Positions 1 to 14,677 of a DNA stretch of 64,000 nucleotides are shown in pieces. The DNA comes from Paramecium tetraurelia (taxonomy: Eukaryota): assembly GCA_000165425.1 (NCBI GenBank), contig CT868374.1:124001-188000 (forward strand), written 5' to 3'. Within the stretch, counting starts at the first letter, position 1. Every line of letters starts with the position of its first letter. A model generated the notes under the pieces. The model was not told the DNA's origin. It did not search any database and worked only from the letters and a program-made list of their open reading frames with translations. A program made the translations under genes and the position numbers.

Positions 1-110
1 AAAATTGTTGTATTCAGGAGTGCACAGTTTTTCAATTTCTTCGTTACTTTTGACTTAAATACAGAGGGAAATGTACTTGAATTAGTGCACCTCTCATTTA
101 TTGAATCCAT
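1..110 (-). CDS. 5' end of a hypothetical protein running off the window
   Basis: ATG at 110; after removing a 23-nt GT..AG intron it reads MDSINERCTNSIKSNEEIEKLCTPEYNNF to the window edge. Confidence 0.35.
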   Translation of the reverse strand, partial: MDSINERCTNSSTFPSVFKSKVTKKLKNCALLNTTI

Positions 111-145
111 TAATTTATTTATTAATTATAACGAATACAAGAAGT

Positions 146-2182
146 ATGACTCTATTTTCTGAGTTTCTGATTATAGGATATTAGCCAGAAGAATATAAAG
201 AGACGGAAATCATTGAATACTTCCACATAAACGGATCAAGTCTCCCAGATTATCTTAGAAATGTAGGCATTGTAATTATCTGTTTGAATTGCTATATAGA
301 TGTGCTTTACAAGTGGCTTTGATGTTAAGTAAGAACAAGAATAGCAAAAGAAATCCGATGACATAAACAGCAAGAATTATTTGCATCAGTTTGTGATTAC
401 AGATCAGAGTGGGTAATTACGATATTGCACTTCTCTCGTCGTATTCGAGAGTTTCAAAAATGACTTTTACACTCCATTTGCTTACGTGATTGTTTCTGAG
501 CAATCCAACTTGGTTAGATAAAAATGTTATATGAGAGCATTGTACAATGGCATTTTTGACAGAGTGACAGTACTTATTATTTACATTATTTTACAGAGAT
601 ATAGAGATCGTGGATGGTAAATGGGATCATAGAAATTATCTAATCAATAATTATTTGAATTCTATTTGTCTGTCGGAATCACTAATTTGGATGGATTATA
701 TTTTGTACCTAAACAAATCATGAAGACAAGACAAGAAGTGATAACAGATCTAATTATTAACAATCCTAACCATAAAAACAATCTGTACAATAAAGACATC
801 AGTTTCAATGTTCTATTTTCCAAATTATCAATCAAAAGTATAATCAAAGTAGTGCAATCAATAATCCTTGAAAAACAGATCATTTTATTCACTACTTAGG
901 TTTGGGACTTAGCCACTATCACTGAAGCATTCCTTCAATTTATTTACCCTCTCTAATGGAGATGCATTTATATACCCTATCTACCCGCAGAAATACTTGA
1001 CACTCTTCACGTTTCTGTCCCTTACATCATTGGAGTGCATTGTAATCTCAAGGAACGAGTATTAACACAATACGACTGCCTAGATAAGATTCTCGTTGAC
1101 TTAGATCAAGACAGGGTCATTGGCTGTAATTTAGTATTTAGAAATATTATATTTTTGTTAGATCTTGCCCTTCCCAGAACAACTTGTAGAAACCCTTGTG
1201 AATTAGAGTTCCAAATTTTCTTATTAAGATGATGTAATATAAACATTTGTTTGTAGTCTGAATTGCTATAGGTTTAATGCTGCTTCCTTAAATTCCAATT
1301 GTAACTCATCAACAACATAGTCCCTTACTTTATTTACTCGGACATCCTACAAATAAAACCAAAAATAGAGGACATATTTGATAAGGATCTTTACATTGAA
1401 TAATTTACACCTTTAGATTAAGAATTCTACCGGGAATTCGTGAACAAAACTATGGTATTCATATTCTTATAGAGTTTTAGATGTTCCAACGCTTTATTGA
1501 AGAATCCTATTAATACTTACATCAAAAGCAGTTCTTGAAATAAAACATCAAAGCAAATATTTTCATTGATTTACTACTATTGATCAACACTTCAGGGTAT
1601 TTCAACATTTACAAATTGCAAAACAAAGACTTTGAAGCCAAATTATTCAGTCTAATGAATGAATCCAAATCCTTGATTCCAGAATCAGAGAAATCAATTC
1701 ATTCACTCTTTACCTAATATCAAAAACAAATCAGCGACTATCTAATTCCTTAAAAGAAATTTCCTGTCCTTTAAATCGACAAATCAAAAATCATACAAAT
1801 AGATGCCATTCAAAATAGTATTCACCAAAGCTCACTCATGTAAAGAAGTACCCAATCATAAAAAACCGATATCAGCAATGAAAATAAATAGGTCATCAAT
1901 ATACTAACAATCAAAGTCCACAAAATTAATCCTATTACTAAATCTCTCATACAAAATGATGTAACTTCTTAAATTATTTTGAAATATCCTAAAAAATCTT
2001 TGTCAAAACTTAAAAAAACTCTAGCTGACCAATTACTTAAATTGGCCCCTGAAGTCAACGTCGAATACAAGCCAATTCAAACATCTTAAATGCTGAGTGT
2101 GAGACAGAGCAAACGAATATTTAATACTGAAGAAATGGGTTACGTAAGCATGTATAGGACTAAAACCTACAATATGTACTGA
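146..2182 (+). CDS. DENN-domain protein (putative Rab GEF)
   Basis: MTLFSEFLIIG start, uDENN-like HQFVITDQSGQLRYCTSL, cDENN IILEKQIILF...FIYPLQWRCIYIP...VPYIIG, dDENN QMFQRFIE; several tiny introns; TGA at 2180. Confidence 0.85.
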
Positions 2183-2720
2183 AATACTTATTATTTTATA
2201 TAATATTTGTAATATCTATTAATTATTGAAATGCTCATTATTATTTACATTATCTATTCGTCATAGGTTTTTTGTGAGTTGAAGTGCTATATTTTATTCA
2301 GAATATAAATAGATGCTCCTCTTATTAAATATTTTAAGATATTTATTTATAAGAATTTAATAGCATTAATCTTACTAATTAATTATCTAATTTAATAATT
2401 AGCAAATTTCTTCTACGTCATCAATTGATACTCAATCACTATGAACCAAATTCAAAATTTTAAATTTGCTCTAAAATGACTAAATATACATAGAAAAAAA
2501 ACTACTAAATTTAACAGTGAAATTATGTTAGAAAGTTCAAAGTTTAAAATAAATCAAATTTTAAGAAATAAAAAATATAGTACGGTCTCAACCAACTAAT
2601 AAATGTATTCAGCAAAAGTCTTAAATAAATGGAGGATCATGATTTTTATAATTTTAATTTAAGTTAGATTTCTACAAATCTGTTGTTCATATGTATTTTT
2701 TGTGATTAATATATTTTATT

Positions 2721-3122
2721 ATGTTTGGAGAACCGTAACTATTAAGTCCAGTTAAGAGATAGTTTATCATGCAACGAATTATAAACAATATGAATGAGAT
2801 TTCAAAACCAGTGTCCACTTCCCCAGTCAAAAGGAGATTACGGATTTAATCAAATCGGATTGACTATAGGAAAAATATGAGTATGGTGGAAAATCATTCC
2901 AATAAGCATATTACTGAGCCCAACAACATAGAAAATAAGAAATTGTTCCATATAAAAGCTAATCGAAAGATGTCTCAAGATCAGATGCATTCTAAATCTC
3001 CTCCTATGTTACCATCACTATTTGAAATCACCTTTTAGAATCCATTTTTAGGACAATTCTCCTAAAGAAAATATTAACGACCAACAGAATTTTAAGCCAT
3101 AGTATACAAACGAAAATCATGA
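2721..3122 (+). CDS. hypothetical protein (133 aa)
   Basis: Uninterrupted ciliate-code ORF MFGEPQLLSPVKRQF...YKRKS*. Confidence 0.6.
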
Positions 3123-3141
3123 CTAATTTAATTAATTATTA

Positions 3142-4656
<1,515 letters not shown>

Positions 4657-4664
4657 AATAATTA

Positions 4665-6644
4665 ATGAGATAAGTACAAGGACTGAATAGGGTTCCAAGT
4701 GTTGAGAATTACGATCTATTCAATAAGATATATTAAAAGTCTAAGTTAGCAAGGACTTAGCAATCTTCTTAAGATTTACTCTGCGAGGGAGATCAGTATC
4801 GAATTTAACAAAGCTAATAAATGTTGGTTGAGTATCTAAAAGATCTCAATGAGATGATTGAAGATGTAGTAAGATTAGTCGATTAACTGCACTCACTTAA
4901 CGAATTAGAAGTAAATAATCTTTTCTAACATCTCAAAAAATAATTGAGGAATTTGAAGTAGGTCATCTAAGCGATAATGGATCTCATGTTGGGAAAGGGC
5001 AAGTCACCGTTTTAGGCTTAAAAACCTTCCCATGTCAATATTGTCATGGTTAACACTATTAGAACATACTTGGTGGATGTGTATATTCCAAATTTGTTGG
5101 AGACAGCCAAATATGCCCTAGATAATTTTGAAGGTTACAAAGAAACGTTTTTAAAAGATATCAAAATAGCTTCTACTTAATTAATTATGATAAATCTTAT
5201 CTTTGGGGCTTCAGTTGACATTGATAAGAACTCTCTTTTCTCTCTGGATAAAAATCATAAGGATTGGAAAGAATTATATTTAATCTGTGAAAGGAAATCT
5301 TTGGGAGATATTGAGAGAATAAACCAATCGTTTGATAATTTTGCTAACACTATATTAATTGGTCATGCCATCATGGGAAAAAGCAGTAAATTTAAAAATG
5401 AAATACTGAAAAAATTATAGTTAGCAATTAATAGTGTTTATTATCAAATTTTTGATGCAAAGAAAGAAGCATTTACAAACATGAGTTAAATGAAAGCTTA
5501 AAATGCTATAGAAGTTATGAATATGATTGAAACACCTGCAATTAAGAAAATTATGGCCATGGCTTACCCGAAAATTAAAGTTAACTGTAAAATATATATT
5601 GACCCTGTTGTCACTCCTATTTCTATTTAATGGGTCAATTAATAATTAAAAATTGGATAATTAAATAGAATAACAACATAACAAATGAAATTGATAAATG
5701 AAGAATTGCATCTTGATCCAAATGCAAAATCTATTTTACATAAATTTGATCCATAAAAATTAAGAATTAGAATTTTATGCAATTCTTCTATCGATGACAC
5801 AAGCAGTTCATGGTTCTCTAATTCATAATAACATGTTTTGCATGACACAATTCTAATACATATTCATGGAGGTGGATTCATAGCTCATTCTAGTTCTAGT
5901 CATTAATCTTACACAAGGGAATGGGCTATTAGGTTGGGAATTCCAATTTTCTCTATTGATTATTCTTTGGCTCCTAAATATCCTTATCCTCAAGGCCTAG
6001 ATGATGTTTGGTAAGCCTACAATTGGATCTTAATATATTGTTACAAACATTTTGGTATCTTTTTAAGTTAATTAATATCCTATAGATATCCAACCAAAAC
6101 GTATCATTCTAGCAGGTGACTCTGCAGGAGGTAATTTAGCTTGCGCATTAACAGGGCTAGCAATTAAAATGGGGCAGAAAGTTCCTGATGGATTATTTAT
6201 GGCCTACCCTGCTTTGGATCTAAGATTTAATTTTACTCCCTCTTATTTGCATGCCTTAACTGATAAAATTATTAGTCATACGATATTGGGGATTTGTGTT
6301 GAATCTTATGCTTCTAATCCATTAACATAATTAAGTAGCGATCCATTTATTAATCCTATGATGTTATCAGATGAAATTCTCGCTAAGTTTCCTCCTACAA
6401 GATTAATGTGTGGTACCAAGGATCCCTTACATGATAACACTTGGGCTTTTGCATCAAGACTTCTGTAAATTTAAATATATTTATCTATAGAAAAGTTAAA
6501 AAAAATGTGTAATTTACTATTTATGAATAAATTTGTCATGGGTTTTTATGTTACAAAACAATTAAAGGCATGTAAGAAATATAAATGTGTATCGATGATG
6601 CAGTATCATACATACAAGAACTAATAAACCTATCTAAATCCTGA
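4665..6644 (+). CDS. hormone-sensitive lipase-like alpha/beta hydrolase
   Basis: IHIHGGGFIA oxyanion motif, SIDYSLAP, AGDSAGGNL nucleophile motif, DPLHD, late HGF. Confidence 0.88.
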
Positions 6645-6679
6645 AATACTCATTAAATATAAATAAAAGATATCATTTA

Positions 6680-9193
6680 TCAAGCATCATTATTAATTAC
6701 ATCTTCATCTAATAACTTAATCATTATTCTGAGGTCCTTCTTCAATTAACTGAATTTCAATTAATCATCTTAACTATCAATATAACTTTTGAATCTATTT
6801 TTTAAAAACATCTAAAGACCATTTCTGAAAGGTAAATAATCTGCATTTTCAAAAAGATTTTTGCTCTGCTTCGCCATAATATCTATGGAGATGCTAATAA
6901 ATTATAATAAATTGTTTTACTTTTATAAAAAGTTCTGGATTACGATACATAAAAATTGTGCTTAAATTTCCAATAATTCATCATAGTTAAACCATTTTAA
7001 TAATAATAAATTAAGACTCTCCTTCTTTAACAAATTCGAACAAAACTTAGCAATATTTATTAATTTTCTTATACTGTAGCTTTCTAATAATTTGAATTTG
7101 TCCCACAACATATATTGGAATGCTTATTTCATTCCCCTCTCTAAATTGATTAAATAATGAGCCAATTCTTAATAATAAGGATTATATGTTTTTTCATTAC
7201 CACACATCTCCACAATTACTAAACATACATCTTGTTTTTTCTTTTTTAAATAACCTAATTTATCTAAATTTTAAGCAGCCTCAAACAAATCATCTGCTCC
7301 CATAATTACGACAAATGCGGTTTTACGAGTCTCAGTTACCATCTTTTAATCAATAGCTAATTGCTCCAACTTTTCCAACTTTACATTCCTTTTTTACTAT
7401 TTAAATTCTTCAAATAATTAACTCTACTCCTCATTAGTGACTATAGGCTTCCACCAATTATTACTCAGGAATTGAGATTCATAACTAAAATCAAAACCTT
7501 AACAAAATATTCTATGAATTAATTTTTATGTTCTTTATTTGTGCCAATTTAATATAAACTCTAATCTTTCAGATTAACTTGCTATTTTTTTATTCAATCT
7601 TAAATCATCTAAAGTCATAAGTAAAAATTTAGTTCTAGATTCGCTTGCTGTTGAAAAAGCCTGCTTTATATCTTCGATAATCAATTTCAAAATTGCAGGA
7701 TTATCTTATCGAATCTTCTTTCCACAATATTAGATAATTATTAATAAATTTTCAACATTGTCTGCTGTTTAACTTTTCAATAAATATTTAATGAATTCCT
7801 TAATGAATTGCAATGATATTGATTCAAATAAATACCAATGACATAATATTAATGCTATATTTTTAACCTCATGGCTAGCAGGATTAGACCTTAATTTAAG
7901 AATAAGTTATTTAATTAACTCACCAAAAAATAGATTGTCATATATCTAATGAAAATAACTAGATGATGCTATAATACAACTCAATAAGTAAGGTAATATT
8001 TCAATAGGTTTTATTGTTGATTAAACAATTTATTAACCAAACACCATTCCAACTACCTACTTAGGATGTTAATTAAAGATCTTATCAATTTCATCTACAA
8101 TGTTGTTAATATTTGCTTCTGAAATTTTATTTAAGTTTCTATTCAAAAGCTTTCGAACTTCCATGAGTTAGGTCTCATCATATTAAACTTCCTAACGTTG
8201 TTAGATTTCTTTTTCTAATTATTCCTTCTAAACTTTGTTTGTCTTTTGTTCATGAACAGGTTATTCTTTTTGTTATTAAACCTTTTTTTGTAAGGTTTAA
8301 TTTTTCTCTTGTTATTCAGGTTCACTTTCATCTGACTATTAATCTTCTTCATTCTCAATTTCCTCCTCATCTGGTTAAATTTCATCATCATCAATATCAT
8401 CATCATCATCATCATCATCTAAATTTTCTTAATCTTCAATCATATCGTCTTCATCATCATCCTCATTCTATTCTTCATTTTCATCATCTTCTCTATTTTA
8501 TTCATCTTCTTGATCCACTTCCTCATCCATTTCCTCTTCTATTTCTTCTTCCATTTCATCTTCTTATGATTCATCCTAATCTTAATCATCAGATTGTTCT
8601 TCTGAATTTTATTCAGCACTTTAATCTTCATTCTCTTCATTCTCCTCACTTTCATTGTTTTTTTAAAAAGCTGAATAGGTTTTAGGCAGATCCTTCTATT
8701 TAATACTTTAATCTATATGATCTAAAAAATCAAATAAGTCCTCTTCCAATCCATCTTCCATAATTTATGCTTTTGGTAATCTATTCTATTTCAATTTTAA
8801 TTTTTTAGTTAATCTTTCTATTTCCTTCTCTTCCTACTCTATTTCTCTTTATAATTATTATTTCCTCTTTTCATCTAATTCCTTGTTATTAGAATTTGGC
8901 TTCTATTTTACTAATTTTTATTATTATTATTATTTTTGTTGATTAGGGGCTTGTTAATTTTTAATTTCCTAAGTTTATTTCTATTCAATTTCTTTGGGCT
9001 AATTTTAGCTAGTAATTTAAACACCCTAGTTTTTCCAATTTCTCTATTAATTAATTTACATATGTTTCTATTTTTTTATCATCTTTTTTTCCTTCCTTTA
9101 CTTCTTACGATTAAAAACATTGAACTCTGGTTTTATTTATTGGAATCTTTCGTGATGATCATCCTATTAAAGGTTTTCATTTTTCTTCACCAT
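6680..9193 (-). CDS. NOM1: nucleolar MIF4G/MA3 protein (NOM1/Sgd1-like)
   Basis: Basic then long acidic N-terminus; MIF4G start LNRNLNKISEANI; SRTKF; MA3-like QKMVTETRKTAFVVIMGADD. Confidence 0.82.
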
Positions 9194-9214
9194 AATTAAA
9201 TTAATTGATTAAAA

Positions 9215-9924
9215 ATGCCAATAACTAAGCGAAAGAGGACCTAAGTGTTAACAAAAACTAAAAAGAAAACTCCAGAAAAGAAAGAATTACTCGTTAAGAA
9301 GCTTAAATAAAGCCTTAAAAAATATTAAAGAGCTATCATATTCTAATATAAAAATCTGTCCACAAATCCATTAAAAGAGATCCAACAAGCATGGAAGAGT
9401 GATTCCAAACTCTTTATTGGCAAAAACAAAGTCATGCAAGTAGGCTTGGGCAAAGGTGAAGAACAAAGCGCTACAAAAAATTCCTACCTTCTCTCTCCAG
9501 TAATTAAATTTTATAATTTCAGTTTCTTAAAGGTGAAACAGGACTTCTTCTAACCAACAAGACTCTTCAAGAGATCTAAGAGTACTGTGATACATATAAA
9601 ATTCCTGAGTTTGCAAGGGCTGGTCACATATCTGATCAAACCATAGTCCTAAAAGAGGGAATAGATACCTTAAAGGGTTTTGCCCATTCCATAGAACCAT
9701 ATTTGAGAAAACTAGGACTCAATACCTAATTAATAAATTAGCAAATTGTATTAAACGAAAAATTTATTCTTGCATAAGAGGGCAAACCCTTAACAGTGGA
9801 ATAAACTAAAATATTGGTATATTTAATAAATTAAATTTAGCGATTAATGAATTAAAAGCTAGCCTATCTTGAAATTGCTCCACTTTGTGTGTTAGAAAAG
9901 AATGGTACATTCAAAAAATTGTGA
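9215..9924 (+). CDS. MRT4: ribosome assembly factor Mrt4
   Basis: MPITKRKRTQVLTKTKKK; LFIGKNKVMQVGLG; FARAG; HSIEPYLRKLGL; 2 tiny introns. Confidence 0.9.
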
Positions 9925-9931
9925 ATATTAT

Positions 9932-10574
9932 TCAATATAATTCTTCACGAATAATTGGTAATTCTATTTCCAAGATTGATTTGTCTGAAATAAATTTTGC
10001 CTTTCCCATTTTCTCATTTACTGGGTAAGGTAGGATAAAATCCAAATAATATTGAGTACTCGACATTATGATCTGTTGCTTCATCACTTCTAAATTTATT
10101 TCTGATAACTTAGTATCAAGTAATTTAATCTTTACAAGCAATCCTTAACACTTAGTTGAACTTGGATCAATTCCACTCCATCCACCAAAAACATCTTCTG
10201 TTCCAACTATTTGCTTATATAATACTTCTACATCTGGTCTTTACCTATTATCCAATCTTGGCCTATTTTATACAGAAACCTAAGAAATTATAATTCAATA
10301 CTTCATCAATATCCCATATATCATTTTTGTCTGCAACTTTATTTTTCTATTTCTCCTATTGTTAAACAACTTGTTGATCTTAATCCTTTTACCCAAGCTT
10401 CACTTATATTTAAGCATAAGGTTTGGCAACTTCCTTTTTTTAACCATTTGATCCAATATCACTAGGAGCAAAAATACTTCCCTTATTTGGATTATTATTA
10501 ATATTAGAGAAAGAGCCCTCCTCTTCTTCAGGCTATATTAGTTAGGCAAGTGCATGAATATCCGAAATATTCAT
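9932..10574 (-). CDS. DNAAF6: dynein axonemal assembly factor 6 (PIH1D3-like)
   Basis: DIWD..E; RPDVEVLYKQIVGTEDVF...DPSST; C-terminal CS-like LPYPVNEKMGKAKF...LEIELPI. Confidence 0.82.
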
Positions 10575-10681
10575 TAATAAATAAAAATAATTTGTATTAG
10601 AAATAATAAAATGTTCTCTTTATCTTAGGCGATCATTATAATGATGTAATATTAAAAAGTATAAGATTTCTTTTGATAATT

Positions 10682-11388
10682 ATGGATAAAGTTCTATTCA
10701 AACAATAGCATCGATAACATTTTGATAAATAATTTAATATACAATAAAGCTTCTATTAATTTTTGGAAAAATTCTCTATTTACCAAATATCTTTAGATTA
10801 TTCTAGCCATAAGCTCTAAAGTATTGACAGTAAATGTTATTAATTAATTAAAAACAATATTTTCTTAAAAGAATTAAAATGTAAAATAAATAAAATTTTT
10901 TAGGTTTTGTTAAAGATTAACTAAAAGGAGTTAAAGTTAAACAAACTAAAATTGAGAAACATGATTTTATGAAAACTTTAAAAATGATAGAAGATTAGTT
11001 ATTGTAATCAATAAAAATAGATAAAAAGGGTAGTTGTGGAGAAATATAACTTAAAAAAACAAATCGGGAAGTGGAATTAAAATAATAAAAACAAATAATA
11101 TTGCTTCAATAAAAACTTTAATAAGCATAAAAGGACTGTTTAGATCTAAAAGAATAAAATCATTAAATGTATACAGATATGAAAAAATAAAAATAAATAA
11201 TAAAATCATTAGAGAGAGAAAAGCAATAATATTAAAAAGATAAAGTGGTATGGGATAAAAAACTGTAAATTTAAGAAGAGGTATACGCAACAAATTTGAG
11301 AATGACAGATGATGTGAAAAAGGTCTTAAATATGATAAATGAGGATATCGATAGAGAAGCAGTTGTTAAAGCTAAGAAAATGAAATGA
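10682..11388 (+). CDS. hypothetical coiled-coil protein
   Basis: Open in ciliate code with one 23-nt intron (10881-10903); ends VVKAKKMK*. Confidence 0.6.
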
Positions 11389-11728
11389 GCAGTTTATTAA
11401 TATTTTTAATTTGATTGAATAAGTATTTTGAATAAAAAAAATGCTAGAAAAATTATGAATTAATAATCATATATCTCAAATTTCCTTCAAGTAGAGTATT
11501 CTTATTTTTCATTAGCTTCCTCACTACTTATGGAATAATAGTTAAAGATAATATTTAACTTTTAAACTGTTCAAATAAGAACTTCTAAATTTAGAAAAAG
11601 TGATAATATGTCTTAAATTCTTTTAATTTACAAATAGTTTTAGACTACCCATTATGATTAAATGAAATTTTAAAAAATTACGAAATAAGGATTTAAATTT
11701 AGATATTAATAACTTTATTTAATACTAA

Positions 11729-12817
11729 TCAATCTCTGATGGCATTGATTCCAAATCTTTTCTTTAAGACCTTTCTGACAAGTTCTCTAGCCATCTCTTA
11801 TTATATACCAATATCTAATTAATTTGTAAATCCAATGCATGAAACATTGACTTCACTAATCCAATATTTATCTTTTCCATTTTCATCTGTATCTAAAATA
11901 AAATCACAAGTCCAATCCAAAATGGTTTCAACGTCACCTAGGTTATCTGTCAAATGTTAAAGACATGATGTGAAGAATTTGATGAGTTCTGGCCATGCTT
12001 CTGGAGATTCGTATTTGTATGTTGCTCCAGAGAAAAGTGTTGCTGAAAAAGCATCTTACTTATCAGCTGGCTTCTTGTGAATAACAAACAATGGCTTTGT
12101 TCCCATTAAGAAGATTCTAACTTCACCTTCCTTGATTCTTGGTAAGAATCTCATATCAATGATGAAGTTTTCTTCGACTTTGTAATATCTTTCACACAAT
12201 TTAAAGAAACTTTCAAGAGTGTGATGTTCAACGTGGTTATCTACTGCTTCAGTGCATTTGATCTTGGTGTCTAATGGTAGAGCTTATCCCTTGACAACTT
12301 GGACTCCTTCACCAACTTGAACTCTCCAGATTCCTTCGCCGGTGGATCCTCTGTTTTATTTAAGGACTCTTTCTCCATTGGTTAAAGAAGTTGGGAAATT
12401 CTTAACCAAGTCATCCCATTTGAAATAAGCCACTGTATCAGCTGGGGAAAGTGGAGTTTTATTGAGGTCTACAAGACTCAATTTGGAGTCATATTTCATA
12501 AGAGTGTCTGGGTGTGGTGTACCAACTACTCCAGCAGCACACATTTCCCTTAAAGCTTAATTGAAGACAGCTTCACCATTTGGAAGATTTCCTGTATTGA
12601 TTCTTGGAATATAGGCATCACAGTTTTCAATGACATACTTAGTGATGGCTTCCTTCCATTCGTCTCTGAAGAAGATGACTTCAGCAGTCCATCCTAATTC
12701 TTTGAAGGCTTCGACAATTGGAATTGTGTCCTTTCTGTGACCATTCCAAGTTTTGTCTGAGCCTCCTTCAGCTTCGAAAATTGCTACTCTTCTGTGTAGT
12801 TATCTAACTTAAGCCAT
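11729..12817 (-). CDS. Cj0069-family ATP-grasp-fold protein, copy A (362 aa, intronless)
   Basis: IFEAEGGSDK..GHRKDT; PHPD; ERVLKQNRGSTGEGIWRV; DMRFLPRIKEGEVR; HKKP..AFSATLFSGA; WTCDFIL; ISEVNVSCIG match the bacterial Cj0069 family as I recall it. Confidence 0.88.
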
Positions 12818-12904
12818 TGTACAAAAATGATATTTTTATATTTAAGATATTAAGCAAATATATTCCAAATTTATATCCCCCTAATATTAGATATTTAATA
12901 AAAA

Positions 12905-12912
12905 GCACGTGC
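12905..12912. promoter_or_regulatory. GCACGTGC palindrome (E-box-like) upstream of Cj0069 copy A
   Basis: About 88 bp upstream of the ATG; a matching motif lies upstream of copy B. Confidence 0.5.
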
Positions 12913-13098
12913 ATAAATTTATATTAATTGCTTTTTATTACATAATATTAATAACAATTTTCTAGAAATATCTAGAAATGAAATATTTTAATTATGAATA
13001 ATAATTATGAGTTTGTATGTAGAATACCCCTTTATAAAAGCTTATTTATTAGCTTTTTACCATAGACTTACTAAATTATGATTATATTTATTTATGAC

Positions 13099-14169
13099 TC
13101 ATTAAGTTCCCTTCTTTTTGTATACCTTTCTAATAAGTTCTTGTGCCATCTCTTATTAGATACCAATATCTAATTAATTTGTAAATCCAATGCATGAAAC
13201 GTTGACTTCGCTAATCCAATATTTATCTTTTCCATTTTCATCTGTATCTAAAATAAAATCACAAGTCCAATCCAAAATGGTTTCAACGTCACCTAGGTTA
13301 TCTGTCAAATGTTAAAGACATGATGTGAAGAATTTGATGAGTTCTGGCCATGCTTCTGGAGATTCGTATTTGTATGTTGCTCCAGAGAAAAGTGTTGCTG
13401 AAAAAGCATCTTACTTATCAGCTGGCTTCTTGTGAATAACAAACAATGGCTTTGTTCCCATTAAGAAGATTCTAACTTCACCTTCCTTGATTCTTGGTAA
13501 GAATCTCATATCAATGATGAAGTTTTCTTCGACTTTGTAATATCTTTCACACAATTTAAAGAAACTTTCAAGAGTGTGATGTTCAACGTGGTTATCTACT
13601 GCTTCAGTGCATTTGATCTTGGTGTCTAATGGTAGAGCTTATCCCTTGACAACTTGGACTCCTTCACCAACTTGAACTCTCCAGATTCCTTCGCCGGTGG
13701 ATCCTCTGTTTTATTTAAGGACTCTTTCTCCATTGGTTAAAGAAGTTGGGAAATTCTTAACCAAGTCATCCCATTTGAAATAAGCCACTGTATCAGCTGG
13801 GGAAAGTGGAGTTTTATTGAGGTCTACAAGACTCAATTTGGAGTCATATTTCATAAGAGTGTCTGGGTGTGGTGTTCCAACTACTCCAGCAGCACACATT
13901 TCTCTTAAAGCTTAATTGAAGACAGCTTCACCATTTGGAAGATTTCCTGTATTGATTCTTGGAATATAGGCATCACAGTTTTCAATGACATACTTAGTGA
14001 TGGCTTCCTTCCATTCATCTCTGAAGAAGATGACTTCAGCAGTCCATCCAACTTCTTTGAAGGCTTCAACAATTGGAATTGTGTCCTTTCTGTGACCATT
14101 CCAAGTTTTGTCTGAGCCTCCTTCAGCTTCGAAAATTGCTACTCTCTTATGAATTTTATTCTAAGCCAT
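13099..14169 (-). CDS. Cj0069-family ATP-grasp-fold protein, copy B (356 aa, intronless)
   Basis: Tandem duplicate of 11729-12817 (offset 1355 bp); nearly identical except at the termini. Confidence 0.88.
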
Positions 14170-14252
14170 AATTATTATAAGATATTTTATATTTAACTTT
14201 TTTCATAATCAAAGTATCAGATTTAAGCTCGTTATGATATTAAATTTATTTT

Positions 14253-14259
14253 GCACGTG
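14253..14259. promoter_or_regulatory. GCACGTG (E-box-like) upstream of Cj0069 copy B
   Basis: About 84 bp upstream of the ATG in otherwise diverged AT-rich DNA. Confidence 0.5.
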
Positions 14260-14677
14260 TATTAAATTATTTAAAATATCTTTTTATCATTAAGCAAGGA
14301 AAATATCTTCTTTTTTTTATATTAGTTAATTAAGAACAGAATTAATTATAATAATGATAATTGTAAAATACTTTAAATTTTTTCTGTTTAGACTCTTAAG
14401 CTAAAGCAATTGATACTAAGCTATACTACATTATTAAAGGATTCCTTCTATTTTCCTAAATTAGAATCTTTAATTTATTTTGCTTTAAAAAATATACTAA
14501 ATTCTTTTTAATTTTATAATTTGCATTTATCATTGTATACTAAAGTTGTTTGTTTTAAGATAATGGAGTGTCGAAATTCTTTTTATAATAATGTAATAGT
14601 AGGAGACTGATAACTTTTAACATGCATTTAAATTTCTTTAAAAAATATATATATAAGTTAATTCATAGTAATTACAT

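Noticed and set aside
8239..8685. His-rich 148-aa ORF in the ORF track
   Set aside because: Antisense shadow of the Asp/Glu-rich region of NOM1
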